A stretch of 63,306 nucleotides of DNA, counting the filler, from Chiloscyllium plagiosum (taxonomy: Eukaryota), in NCBI RefSeq assembly GCF_004010195.1. It is 4 parts of 4 records of this genome, joined end to end, with 100 filler letters (N's around TTAATTAATTAA, not from the genome) between each part and the next. Parts side by side here need not be neighbours in the genome. Positions count along the whole stretch, not along the records: positions 1 to 15,035 come from NW_025208704.1; positions 15,136 to 40,958 come from NC_057720.1; 2 more parts are not named here. One strand, 5' to 3'. Shown here piece after piece: positions 13,209 through 25,955 of this stretch; positions within the stretch are counted from its first letter, which is position 1, and every line of letters begins with the position of its first letter. Under the pieces are notes generated by a model, which was given only the letters and a program-made list of their open reading frames with translations, had not been told where the DNA came from and ran no database searches. Made by a program: the position numbers and the translations under genes.

Positions 13209-13336
13209 CTTTAAAAAAGAAAACAAATAAGCCTTGAGCATTAATGCTGATGAAATGATGGGTGAGTCTTTTACATTCCACCTGTAGACTAATATTGAGA
13301 CAGAAACAAAGAGAGACTTGAACAAAAAACACTCAC

Positions 13337-13385
13337 ATGATAAGAAAGTCAGTAACAAACTGAGAAAAATTGTCGACATAATCAT
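13337..13385 (-). CDS. IGHV: VH leader exon (cluster A)
   Basis: MIMSTIFLSLLLTFLS followed by a phase-1 donor T|gtgagt; 128-bp intron to the V exon. Confidence 0.93.
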
Positions 13386-13472
13386 TCTGATAACTTGTGG
13401 GAAGCGGTTCTGTCAAGATCTTTCTAAACAAAGCCGACCCAGGAGTGTTGAATTACGGTCTAGTGCCCAGGA

Positions 13473-13478
13473 TTTATA
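13473..13478 (-). promoter_or_regulatory. TATA box of the VH promoter (cluster A)
   Basis: TATAAA about 90 bp upstream of the ATG; same context (ccatataaatcc) as 49546-49551 in cluster C. Confidence 0.65.
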
Positions 13479-15035
13479 TGGCCAGCGGAAGGGGCAGGCT
13501 TACAGCTTCCGCGTGTTGGTTTCCTGCTGGAGGCTCAGACTGGATCCTGGTATCAGCTTGCACAGCCCGAACACATGGGATCATGTCTTTACATGAGGTT
13601 ATGTTTAAACATGGACACATACACATCTTGGGATATTTGTTTTGCTGAATAGCTTCTTTGGAAGTAAATTTGAGTAGTTTCAGGTCTGTTTCACATGATA
13701 GTTGCATGAATTCTGTTTAAAAAAACAAATCCAACTGGAAGTTAGCTCCCTTTATTTCTACATTCATTCACAAGCAGATAAAACTAAAATTAAAGTTCAA
13801 ACAGATTACCAGCCAATAAAACAGTTGAGCTTTTCTTCCCTGGATACTGCAAGTCTCTGTCGCACTACAAAATAACATGTAATTCATACGAAACATTTCA
13901 AAATTCAATTTAGGCAACTGAATACAGAGCGTGTCCGAAGTGATTATATTTAGAATATTCAATTAGAAGTTAACTCCCTTTAATCCTACATTTCACCACA
14001 AGCAGATAAAGCTAAAAAGAACTTCAATAATATTATTAGCCAACAAAATGAATGACTTTATTTGCTGTCACTCAAAGTCTCTCTCACATTACAAAATAAC
14101 ATACCATTTCTAATCTGCGTTTCTAAATTCAGTTTCGGCAACCTAATATAGAGCATGTCTAAAGTGATTATGTTCAGAATGTGAGTGTATGTCACTAAAC
14201 AGTTTGGACCCGGAGATTAGAAGCACCTCCTTACATTGCAGAATGTCTCTCCCTGAATCTTCTTTTTTCAAATTGCTCCGTCACTAAAATGCACAATAAA
14301 GGAAAGCTGTGTGCCTGAGAAACAAAATATGAGTCCACAGTGATACATAACACTGAGGTAAACTTTTGAAAGAGCATCTAATGAACTAGAACAAGACAGA
14401 CCATAAGTTTTTTTTAAAAATCCTCAATGTCTAAACCATTGCATGTAACAGTCTGGGTACATCAGGAATGTTTGGTTAAGTTAGAGAGTATTACAGTAAT
14501 AATTACCACGAATGTAGGTTATAAACAGTACATTTCTCTGCTCACTGATAGCTCTGACTGGGAAGTTAACTCATAAAAATCAGCAAATATTCACGTTTAC
14601 GCTACACCAGTATTAACCATGTATAAAGGGCTCACTCAGTTTTAATGAGATACATGAATCAGAGAATGGTGTAACAAGTGATGTGAGTTTGAACCAATTC
14701 AATTTTGTTAATTTACTTTGAGATGATAACAAATGTTACTGCAATGTGGGATTTTGGATCCATTAACTTCATATTCAGGAGCTTTAAAGATACTCAGTAA
14801 ACAGGCTGAACGAACCAGAACGTCACTGCATTCAATGTTCTGTTTTCTGATAGTCATACAGTGAATGCTGTATTCAGTGACGTTCCTTTTAAAGGGAGAA
14901 ATGCCAAGTGAAATGTATCCAATGTGAGTAAATGGGAAAATATAGCATGTTTCGTAGGATTTTACTTTAGTTGATTCATTTTCCCTTTAATCGGCCAGAG
15001 AGAACAGTTGGCAGCAATTAAGCTGACTACAGAAA

Positions 15036-15135
15036 NNNNNNNNNNNNNNNNNNNNNNNNNNNNNNNNNNNNNNNNNNNNTTAATTAATTAANNNNNNNNN
15101 NNNNNNNNNNNNNNNNNNNNNNNNNNNNNNNNNNN
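15036..15135. other. Artificial scaffold linker (44 N + TTAATTAATTAA + 44 N)
   Basis: The identical 100-bp construct occurs three times; the 12-mer is palindromic and has stop codons in all six frames. Confidence 0.95.
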
Positions 15136-15819
15136 TAGGGGCAGATCCTTCCAAAATCTACCCTGTCAGGTCCCTGGAGAATTTGAAATGTTTCAGTGAA
15201 ATCTCCTCCCAACCTTCTAAATTCCAGGGATGAGATCTGCAATCTCCTCTTGGCTTCCCAGAGAATCCGAGAATAAATCCCATTCCTCACCCAGTCCCCT
15301 CTCTCAATCATGAGACAATCCTCTCAACCCGACACATGAACTGTTGCTGGGTTTGATCATCTCAGTAAGAGTTTCAAGGAGGGAAGGAGAAAGAAAGACT
15401 CTTTCTGCTTTGAATCAATGCTATAAGTTGAAAAAGCAGGAAAATATTGCCACCAAGTATTGTTCACATACTCTTTCTATTCATCAAAGTGCTGGGTGAG
15501 GTTTCTTATGAATTTCAGGAGGTCACTGGTGGTGTCCTTATGTTCTTTATTCTTGCCTTGTCACTTGTTCATGTCATTTAGGAGAACGGAGTCAACCGAG
15601 AAGGAAATGAACAGCAGAGTTTGCTGTCTCTGTTGATTGAATTCACCTTGTTTGCTCCTTTGATCACCTGAAGAAGGGGCAAGGCTTGTGTCTTATAATA
15701 AGCCTGTTGGACTATAACCTGGTGTCCTATGATTTTTGACATTGGGGATTCCTGGATACAAGGTGTTCAGTAAAGATAGAAAGAGAGAAAATTGCGAGAA
15801 ATGGTGGGATGTGCTGGAG

Positions 15820-18800
15820 CCAGACAGTGCTGAACAATCTTAGGCCCTGAGATATGATGGAGATGAAGGGTGAACTCTGCTGGGCTTCAAATCACTGTTA
15901 CCAGAGTAAAACAGGGATTACCCATTTCACAAGAGAGTAAATGGAACTAACAAACCAGGTGTGTGTAAAACACCCACCCCGTCCCTGAGAGAGGGGGGAC
16001 AAGAACAGGGACATTCTCAGACAGAAAGGATGCTAAAAATGGTATCACTTCGAGAGCGAAGGGTGGGGATAGTGACAGCGACACTCCCCCAGAGAGTGGG
16101 GAAAGTAACACTGACACATTTAAAACTGTATTATCACAAGTGAGAATTCAAACAGCCACCCACTCCATCATATGGTGTTGAAGATGCACTGTTCTCATCA
16201 AAACATGTTTGCAAATCTCTTCACAATACTGTAAGGGGAGAGAAACATTGAAAACTGTATTATCCCAAGTGAAGGTCCATTTAAAACTTAGACCATGATG
16301 TTAAACGTTCCCAGCCGTAAAAGATAAACTAGTGTATTGACGTCATTATCTTATTAAACAATATTAAAACCTCGGCCAAACATTTTCCAGCGGACAGTGC
16401 ATTTAAAATATCAAGAGGCTTCCTACATTGTTGGTTTGATCAGTGACGGAGCAAGGAAGCAGCAGCTGCCCCATGAACTCCAACAAACGAATGAGAACAG
16501 GCTCTTCATACGGAGCTGGCTCCCGAGAATCCAATTCAACAGCAGGGATCAAAGAACAAGGAACAATACAGCACAGGAACAGGCCCTTCAGCCCTACAAG
16601 CCTGTGCTGACACATTTTGCCCTTCCATACTGAAACTATCTTCACCTACAGGATTTGTATTCCCCTATTCCCTTCCTATTCATGCATTACTGCAGGTGTT
16701 TCTTGAATACTTCTAATCTGCCTGCTTCCACCCCCTTCTCTGGCAGTGTGTTCTAGGTACTCAACTTCATTTGTGTGAAATACTTGCCTCGCACATCTAT
16801 TTTAAATTCCCCCCTCCCCTGCACCTTGAACCTCTGTCCCCGAGTAAGTGACCCCTCCATTTTGGGAAAAAAATACCTCATATTTTCCACTCTACCTATG
16901 CTATTCAAAACTGAATAAACTTCTATCAGGCCACACCTCAGTTTCCCTCATTCTGGTGAAAACAAAGCCAGTCTATCTAACCTTTCTTCAGAACTACAAT
17001 CCCCCCCTTCCTCCCCCACCCCATACCAGACAATATCCTGGTAAACATTTTCTGCACCATCTTCAAAACATCCACATCCTTCTGATAATGTGGTGACCAG
17101 AACTGTATGCAATATTCCAAGTGCGGCCGAACTAAAGTTCGATAAGGCTGCAGCATAACTTTTCTATCCTTATACTCAATGCCCCTTCCAATGAAGGCAA
17201 GCATGCCATAAGCCTTTTTCACAACCTTACCGCCGTGTGCTGCTACCTTCAGAGATCTGTGAACATACATACCCAGATCCCTCTGCATATCAATACCCCA
17301 AAGGATTCTGCCATTCACTGTATAATTCCCACCTGGACATCACCTTTCAAAATGCATCACCTCACATTTGTCTGGATGAAACATTTTCTGTCCGTGCATC
17401 CAACTGATCTATATCCTGCTGTATCCTCTGACAGTCCTTCTCATTATCTGTGACTCTACCAATCTTTGAATCAACTATAAACGTTTTAACTAGACCAGCT
17501 ACACTTTCCTCCAAATCATTTATGTAGACCATATGCAGCAGACTTCCCACAACTGATCCCTGTGGGACACCAGGAGTCATAGCCCTCCATTCTGAAAACC
17601 ATCCTCCCATCACTGCCCTCTGTCTCCTCTGACTCAGCCAGTTCTGTGCCCAATGCTGGGAACATTTTAGACAAGACACCTTGTTTCCAGCTCGTTACTG
17701 CAACTTGATCCAGTACGGTCAGAAAGAGAAAAAGGACAATGTGCAGATTGTTGAACAGGCCCCCACACCTGGGCCTGAGGCAGGAGCCCAAGCCCCAAGA
17801 CACTGGCCTCACTTCACACCAACGTTCAAACAGTGCGGGGTCATGAACTCCGGTCATCAATCCCTCTGGGACCGGGACGGAGTGAGGGGACAGGGACAAC
17901 TGTAGAAGAGTCAATAAGGAGTAAAACAAGATGGAGAGGGTGTGTTGGAAAGGGGTTAGAGGAGGAAATATACTTTGTCTCACTTAATACTGACATTGCC
18001 TACGTGTATCACAGAATGAACAAAACAGCACACTGTGAAGATAATCATATCACAGGAGACATTTTCATTGGGGTGTGATAAGTATCCTAGTTCAAAAGCT
18101 GTTTTCCCTCCCTCCCCCCCTGAAGAGGAGAGAGGCATGGGAAAAGAGAACTGACAATTCAAAATAAAAGCTCTTCACATATTGCCATCATTTGATATAT
18201 TAATGTGAGAGGATTATAGACCCTTAACAGCGAGAGTGTGGTGGCTCAGAGGCTAAAAGGCAAACAGCAAAGAGCAGCATTATTCCTTCTCAGGGTGTTA
18301 ATGTCATTGGCAAGCCTCATATTTATTGCCCATCTCCAGCAGTTCGGACTGAGTTCTTTGCTGAGCCAGATCATGGGGCCGTTAAGAATGAATCATGGCA
18401 CTGTGGGACTGGAGTCACAGTCTGGGTGATGACTGGATTCCCTTGCCTAAAGAACATACATAAAATGACATTGAGTTTCATGGTTTGTGTTTGGACACAT
18501 CTCAGCGCCGTCCTTCCCAGATATTAAATTGCTCACCACCGCCCTCTCCAGGACAATTAGGGAAGGGCAACCAATAGCAGACACATCAACGCTTGCCCCA
18601 TCCCAGGAGAAATCAAAATAAATGAGGGACAATTCAAATGATTAACCTGGGGGAGGCTTGAATTAATCTCTTTGAAAGACTGGAGCCTGCTTTTTCAGAT
18701 TACAAGTTGGAGTGCCACAACGATTGGTACTGGGATCAGGCACAATATGAATTGCAAAGGTCTTACAAACGGGTACAAAACCAATGTCACAAAACTGCAA

Positions 18801-18995
18801 AGAAAAAAACAGTTTATCAGGAAGAACTCAAGAGACTACAGAAAGCCATTAGTGGGCGTAAGACTGTAATGCAGATGTTGTTGAATACACCAGAAATACA
18901 ATTAAAGCGATTGGGATAGAGCAGGGCAATGGGATTAATTGAGTTTCTCTACTGAGAATTGGCAAGAAGCTTTCCTGCTTGTAATGACTCAGAAC
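15820..18995 (+). repeat. Segmental duplication, copy 1 (paralog of about 34830-38486)
   Basis: Collinear homologous blocks, e.g. 15930/34941, 16160/35815, 17645/36155, 18325/37613, 18940/38437. Confidence 0.85.
16551..17643 (-). mobile_element. CR1/HER1-like LINE insertion, absent from the paralogous copy
   Basis: GVPQGSV.G.LL..VYINDL and QRDLG.YVHRSLKVA...LVRPHLEYCIQFWSPHY motifs. The paralog reads uninterrupted at about 36155. Confidence 0.9.
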
Positions 18996-21274
18996 AATAA
19001 ATGATGAAGTGCAGCTCATATTGTAAACAATGTACTGCAGCGGGTAAGAAAGGATGGCGAGTGACATAAATGCTTAAAGTTGGGAAAATTTTCAGAATAA
19101 GACATGGGAAAGGCCACTGGGATTTTGGAATGAATATTGAGAGTGAGGAGATCGAAGAGAGAGTGGCCAGGACAGCTGTACTGAAGAATGGTTAAGTCAC
19201 ATCTGGAATATGGTGGACAGTTAGGGGCTTCTATGAGGTGCAATGCAGAATGGTGCAGGGATCGGGGATCTAGGTTACAAGGAAACACCAGAACAGGATC
19301 TCGAGCAGGGAGGGAGGGAATTCTGATATTCAAAATTCCTTAATGAAATCAACACAGTAAATGTAGATTTTCTGTCAATGATGGCAAACAGAAAGGCAAA
19401 ATGACACATTCTGTGGTCAAACACCAGGTACAGGAAGGAGATCAGGAAAAATATTTTGATGCAGAGATTGGAATTTAGTGAGTGCTGATAAACTGAGTCC
19501 TCCATTCATAATGGGACAGAATTACTCCTTGGAAATTGAACAGGTCTGAAGCAAAAGAGTAAATTACAATCAAATAGTTATTTGAGAATATTGTGGAAGC
19601 TTTTCGTTTTTCCCTCATCAGGGCAATTGTAAAAATACCAATCGAAAGAGAAAAAAACAACATTTATATTGCATGAGAGGAAAGTGCTGACAGGTTGAGG
19701 TGTTGTAACTATAAACACACCAGTTTAAATATTGTTTTCCTATGCTGTGGCATTTCTTGCAAATTGTCCTGATGCGTGCAAGACAAAAAGCTCCAACAAA
19801 ATGTTTAGTTTTTCAGCAACACTCAAATTAGAATCAGTTTGGAGAGAAAGTTAACCATGAAAATTGATCTGAATTCAGCAGAGACCACCTTAAGTTCACG
19901 TTGAACTTAATACAGCAATTATCAGGTGAAATTTAATGATCCACTCCATCTTCCACCAGTTTGATCATTTGAATTCTACATCGATTATTTTGATTTCTCT
20001 TGGGATGGGGAATGTATTGACCTGTCTGCTATTTATAACCCTTCTCCAATTGCCCAGGAGATAGCAGTGGTGAGCCATGAGTTTCTCGAAGAGGATCTGA
20101 CAGTGGGACAAGATCATGTGCTGGGCCTGAGTACAGCCAATTCTCAGGAGAATGAGCTGTGACACGGGGGAAAACCTGAGAGTGATGGAAAGGCACATGC
20201 AGCCTGACTAGACTGCGGAGGGGCAGGACCAATTTTGATGAATTAGCTGATCTCCTTCCGAGCTGAGATGCAGACTCAGACTTTCAGGGCAGCACAGTTT
20301 TTATTTATTTTTTTCTTTTCTATAACCCCCACACAGCTGCCTAACAATGGTGGTGCATAATTTTTCCTAGCACCCACATTGTGTGTGCAGATGTGAGACA
20401 CAGTGAAAAATGATAAGTGCAGAAGTCTTTATTCATTTTCCACCTCCAGGAAGAAAGGAAATACCCAAGTGGCCAGTGACAAGCAGTGTCCTTCACATCA
20501 AAGGGCAATGCTACGTAATCAAACAGTGAAGGGGAGATCAGGGAGTGAATCAAAATAGAGTCGGGGGGAAAATAAAACACTCCACACTCCACAGTGTCCA
20601 ACTCTTGGCTGCACAGCTTACACTGTTACTGACCATAGCTCCATGATTGATGAGATCTGCCCCAGGAGAACATCCACAGAAAGCTGCCTTCTGTGTGTCT
20701 GATATGTTTGTGTGTCTCTCAGACGTGACTGAGCAGGCAGCAAGAGTTTCAGCAGCAACAAAGATGTTACTCTAGTGCCCCTCCCACTTTCACCCATCGA
20801 CTTACAAACTCTTCTGGGGAAAGGGCTCAGCACCTGCCATAGCCTGCTTCAATGTCCCACACCCCAACCCTCCCCTACCCCCAATACACACACACATACA
20901 CACACATAATCATCATCTGTTCACCATCTCTCTCCTGAAGGCACTATCTCTGGTTGGGAAACAGCTCTAGCTCCCCCAGGTGGTCTCGTTCCTCCAAGTG
21001 TGAGCTGGGATGGGGAAGCAAGGCAGGCTATTGGTCCAGGAAGTGTCAGCCTGGTCCCAGTGGGGAGCACTCTCCCCTCCCACTCACAATGTAGCCGACT
21101 GGGTGGATGAGCCATTGGAAAATGCAGGGTTACAGGGATAGAGTCATGGTTTGGATCTGGGTGGGATGCTCTTCGGAGGATTGGTGTGAACTCTTTGGAG
21201 TGAATGGCCTGCTACGACATTGTTCAGATTCCATCATTACATGATTTTATCACTGAAGCAAATTATCCAGGCTG

Positions 21275-21498
21275 AGAGTGCAGTGGAGTGCTGAGGGAGT
21301 GCAGCACTGTCAGGGGGTCAGTACTGAGGGAGTGCAGCACAATCTGAGTCTCAGCACAGAGGGAGTGCAGGACTATCAGACGGTTCAGTACTCAGGGAGT
21401 GCTGCACTAGCAGACAGTTCATACTGAGGGGGTGTTGCACTGTTGGTGTGTCAATACGGAGGAAGTGTAGCATTGTCAGAGGTTCAGCACTGAGGGAC
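21275..21498. repeat. Degenerate ~39-40-bp minisatellite (gggagtgcagcactgtcagaggttcagtactga-like)
   Basis: About 5-6 recurring gagggagtgcagcac...cagtactga units. Confidence 0.75.
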
Positions 21499-21685
21499 TG
21501 TCTTCAGATGGGATGTTCTGATGTCTGCCCTCTCGAGGGCAGTGGAAGATGCCACTGCATATTAGAAGAGCAGGGCAGATACCCATGGTGTCCTGGTCAA
21601 TATTTATCTCCCAATCAACATTAGTGAAAACCTGATTCTCTACTCATTATCAGACTGCATGCTGGGATCTTGCTGTGTACAATCA
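21498..21685 (+). mobile_element. DeuSINE-type (SacSINE1/AmnSINE1-like) Deu-domain remnant
   Basis: gtctgccctctc...gaagagcaggg...ggtgtcctggtcaatatttatc...caacat...cattatc...tgggatcttgctgtg resembles the Deu-domain consensus as I recall it. Confidence 0.55.
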
Positions 21686-21989
21686 GAAGTGAGGGGCATT
21701 AGTCGTTCTAAGGTAGCAACAGGTGCTACACAAATGCAAGTCCTTCTTTTAGATTGCAGTCTACAGATCCTGACCATCACCCATTGTCAGAGCAGTGCCA
21801 TCTTCCAGGGGTCATGGGGTCATGAGGAGCAGCCTCACCCTTGACCTCAGCTCAGTGGAACCTTCTAAATGGGCACTCAACATGACTCCTTCCTGGAGTG
21901 TGTTGATCCCAGTCTGCTACAATGTTCTCGGATGAAGTTCTCCCGATCTGTGAGCGATTGGGGGTTTGTTAAAGAGATATTGAGACAAA

Positions 21990-22415
21990 GGACTGATGTC
22001 CTTTAGGGAAGAAAATCTGCTGTCCTTACCTTGTCTGGCCTACACGTGACTCCAGACCCACAGCAATGAGGTTAACTGTTACCCACCTTCTGTAATAGCC
22101 GAGCAAGGCCCTCCATTCTAACAATCGCTGGGAAGTCTCAGAAACAGAATGAAACCTGACGGGCCACCTGTCATCGATCTTGGCACCGGAAACAACATCA
22201 AACACAGCCCTGTCTACCTTGTTACATCCTCCTCACTAACATCTGGGGGCTGGTGCCAAATTCAGGGGAGCCGTCTCAGAGACTAGTCAAGCAACAGCCT
22301 GTCACAGTCACATTCACAGAACCATACTTTACCAACAATGTCCCAGACACCAACATCACCATCCCTGGATATGTCCTGGGCATATCAGCAGGACAGAACC
22401 AGCAGAGGTGGTGGT
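21990..22415 (+). mobile_element. LINE fragment: upstream region and N-terminus of an APE endonuclease ORF
   Basis: NIWGLVP...RLVKQQP..VTFTEPY.TNNVPDTNITIPGYVL...GG is a degenerate APE N-terminus. The clade is not determined. Confidence 0.55.
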
Positions 22416-22449
22416 GCAGTCTTTATCATTTCACGCACAAATTGTAAGA

Positions 22450-22862
22450 TCAAGGAGGATATGTTGGAGCTGGGCAAACCTGGTTAGGCCACAGCTGGAG
22501 TACTGTGTGCAGTTCCAGTCACCACACTATAGGAAGAATGTGATTACACCAGACGAGGTGCAGAGGAAGTTGCCTGGGATGGACGATCTCAAATGTGAAG
22601 AGACACTCAGATTGTTTTCTTTGGAACAGAGAATATTGAGTGGGGCTCTGACAGAGGTGTATAAGGTTATGTAGGGGATGGACAGGGGAAACGGAAAGCA
22701 GCTGCTCCCCTTAGTTGGAGGGTCAATAATGAGTTGGGTCACATTCAGTGTGAAAGACAGGAGCTTTAGAGAGGAGTTGAGGGAAACCTTTTTCTCCCAG
22801 AATGTGGGAGTCTGGAATGTACTGCCTGAGAGGGTAGTTGAGGTGGGGAACCTCACAACCGT
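22450..22862 (+). mobile_element. CR1-like LINE RT 3' fragment
   Basis: LVRPQLEYCVQFQSPHYRKNV...LFSLEQR...VWNVLPERVVE. Confidence 0.8.
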
Positions 22863-25626
22863 NNNNNNNNNNNNNNNNNNNNNNNNNNNNNNNNNNNNNN
22901 NNNNNNNNNNNNNNNNNNNNNNNNNNNNNNNNNNNNNNNNNNNNNNNNNNNNNNNNNNNNNNNNNNNNNNNNNNNNNNNNNNNNNNNNNNNNNNNNNNNN
23001 NNNNNNNNNNNNNNNNNNNNNNNNNNNNNNNNNNNNNNNNNNNNNNNNNNNNNNNNNNNNNNNNNNNNNNNNNNNNNNNNNNNNNNNNNNNNNNNNNNNN
23101 NNNNNNNNNNNNNNNNNNNNNNNNNNNNNNNNNNNNNNNNNNNNNNNNNNNNNNNNNNNNNNNNNNNNNNNNNNNNNNNNNNNNNNNNNNNNNNNNNNNN
23201 NNNNNNNNNNNNNNNNNNNNNNNNNNNNNNNNNNNNNNNNNNNNNNNNNNNNNNNNNNNNNNNNNNNNNNNNNNNNNNNNNNNNNNNNNNNNNNNNNNNN
23301 NNNNNNNNNNNNNNNNNNNNNNNNNNNNNNNNNNNNNNNNNNNNNNNNNNNNNNNNNNNNNNATTCAGACCCTCAACCATTGTCTGCACACTCTCACCTT
23401 CCAGGGGTCATGGGGTCATTAGGAGCAGTGATCCTGCCTGACTCTGGAATAGGAAGACTCAGTGCAGCCTCACCCATGACCTTCAGCCCAGCAGTGTGCA
23501 GCAAGTTTTGAAATATAATCTAGAACCTTCTACACAGGCACCCAACATGACTCTTTCCTGAAGTGTGTGGATCCGAGTCTGTTCCAACGTTATCGGATAA
23601 AGTTCTCCTGATCTGTGGGTGATCGGAGATTTGTTAAAGAGATATCGAGCTCCATCCCACTTTCCAGCTCTTGCTCCATAGCTCTGGAGGTGTCACTGTT
23701 TTAAGTGAATATCCAAGTGTTTTTTCAATATGATGAGGGTTTCTGCCTCTCCCACCCTTTCAGACAGTGAGTCCCACATCCCACCAGCCTCTGGGTGAAA
23801 ACAAATACCCTCAACTCCCCTATAATCCTGCCCCCAACTGATTTCAATCTCTCCCCATGGTTATTGCCCTCTGTGCTGGTGGAAATCAGTCATTCCTATC
23901 CAATCTATCCAGGCCTCTCATCATTTTATACACCACCTTCAAATCTCCCTTCTGCCTCCACTGTTCCAACGAAAACACTCCCAGCCAATCCAATCATTCC
24001 TCAAAGCTCAAAGTCCCCATTCCAGACAAACTCTTCCTCTGTCCTGGTCTCTCGAGGGATCACATCCTTCCTGTAATGTGGTGACCAGAACCGTACACTG
24101 TTCCCTCACTGTGCTCTAACTGGGGTTTTATATGGTTCCAGAATAAACAAACTTCTTCCTTTCGCTGTCAACCAAAATGGTATTATTGCTGAGCTGTTAA
24201 TCCAGAGATCCAGGTAATGTTCTGGGGACCAGGGTTAGAATCCAGCAGTTGGTGGCATTCAAATTCAATCAAAAAAAATTGAGGACATTAAGAGACTAAT
24301 GATGACCATGAAACCATCGTTGATTGTCAGGAAAAAGCCATCTGATTCCCTAATGTCCTTTAGGGAAGGAAGCGGCCATCTGTATCATGTGACCCCAGAC
24401 CCACAGTAATGTGGTTGACTCTAAACTGCCCTCTGGGTGATTAGGGATGGGCAATAAATGCTGCCGATCCAGAAATGCCCTCATTCCATCAAGGGAAAAA
24501 GAAAAACAGTTTATCCCATGTATCTTCTTAACCACCTTACTGACCTGCATTAATCACCATGCCCACATCTTCCACCTCCACACTCATCTGACTTCCCGCT
24601 TCAAAATGATGAGAGACATTCCATCATTATCTGAGAAACAGAAACATCAAACACAGGAACAGCAGTAGGCCATTAGGCCCTTCAAGCCTGCTCCACCATT
24701 TAATATGATCATGGCTGATCATCCAACACAGTCCCCTGTTCCTGCTTTCTCCCCACATTCTTCGATCCCTTTAATCCTAAGAACTATATCTAATTCCTTC
24801 TTAAATACACACTGCATCTAATTCCCTTTTGCTGGAAAAATGGATGACAATTATTGGGTTGTTGTTTTTTGACCAGTATGGACACAATGGGCTGATGGGC
24901 CTCTCTCTGACTCTATGACTCTATTACTATATATTATGAATAACTGAGTACCAAGGACTGACCCCTGTGGTGCCCTAAGTTGTAATTCCCTGTCATTCAG
25001 AAAAAGACTCCTTCTTTCTGTCCTGTCTACAAACCAGTTCCCAATCCATGTCAGTATGACCTCCAATCCTCTTGTTCATTTTGTCTAGATCTGGGAGTCC
25101 CACCCTTACTCTTTGTGGGAACAGATTCTGAACAATCTCTGTCTCGTCCTTCGAGGGCTCTCACTGCCCTGACACTGATTTCTGATCATGTCGCTGGTTC
25201 CGATCCACTTTTACCAAAGCACCACACAGTTTCATAAAATGAAAACTTTTACACTTGCTCCATGGTTCTCCATTTCCATCCATACTCTCAATCTCACTGA
25301 GTTCTGATCACTGTCACTAAAATGATCCCCCATTGATAGCCCTTCCAGCTGCCCACAATCATTCCATAAACAATGGTCCAAAACTGTCCCTTCTCTCTCT
25401 GCTGCTTCACCATCACCTTGTCAGGAGCAACTAGGGACAGTAATGAATGCTGGTCCTGCCAATGACACTCAGATCCCAAGAAGCAATTTGAACAATACCT
25501 GTTCCTTTGTTGGGTTTATTCTGCATTGACTACAAATGTTCCAAAAGATTGTATTGCCAGTGAATATTGTGAGGGTTGAATTCCCTTCAAATGGCAGGGA
25601 TTAAAATTGTTTCTCTTGTCTTTCAG

Positions 25627-25955
25627 GCCGTGAGAACTCTCAGCCCAAGCAGACCCTGCTGCCCCCCTTCCCGGAGCAGGTCAATGCCAAAGGCACTGCC
25701 ACCCTGGTGTGCCTTGCCAATCACTTCTATCCTGATGAGCTGGAGGTGTAGTGGAAGAAGGACGGTGCAGTCATTTCGGACGGGGTTCAGACCAGCAACT
25801 ACCTGCGAGCTTCGGACAGCACTTACAGTGTCAGCAGCCTGCTGACCCTCTCTGGGTCTGACTGGGAGTCCAACGCTCACTTCTCCTGTGCCCTCACCCA
25901 CGTGACCCTCTCCTCTCCCCTCAGCAAGAGCATCAGGAGATCAGAATGTGTGTAG
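25627..25955 (+). pseudogene. IGKC: Kappa-type (shark NS4/type III-like) Ig light-chain constant exon with a premature stop
   Basis: Acceptor tttcag|GC, then (S)RENSQPKQTLLPPFPEQVNAKGTATLVCLANHFYPDELEV*WKKDG...DSTYSVSSLLTLSGSDWESNAHFSCALTHVTLSSPLSKSIRRSECV*. In-frame TAG at 25749-25751; normal stop at 25953-25955. Confidence 0.92.

Noticed and set aside
15080-15091. TTAATTAATTAA as a biological motif (homeodomain site or piggyBac TTAA target)
   Set aside because: It sits in the exact centre of identical 100-bp N blocks three times and gives stops in all six frames, so it is an assembly linker.
21275-21498. CRISPR-like repeat-spacer array
   Set aside because: This is vertebrate DNA; the units are contiguous degenerate repeats without unique spacers, and there are no cas genes.
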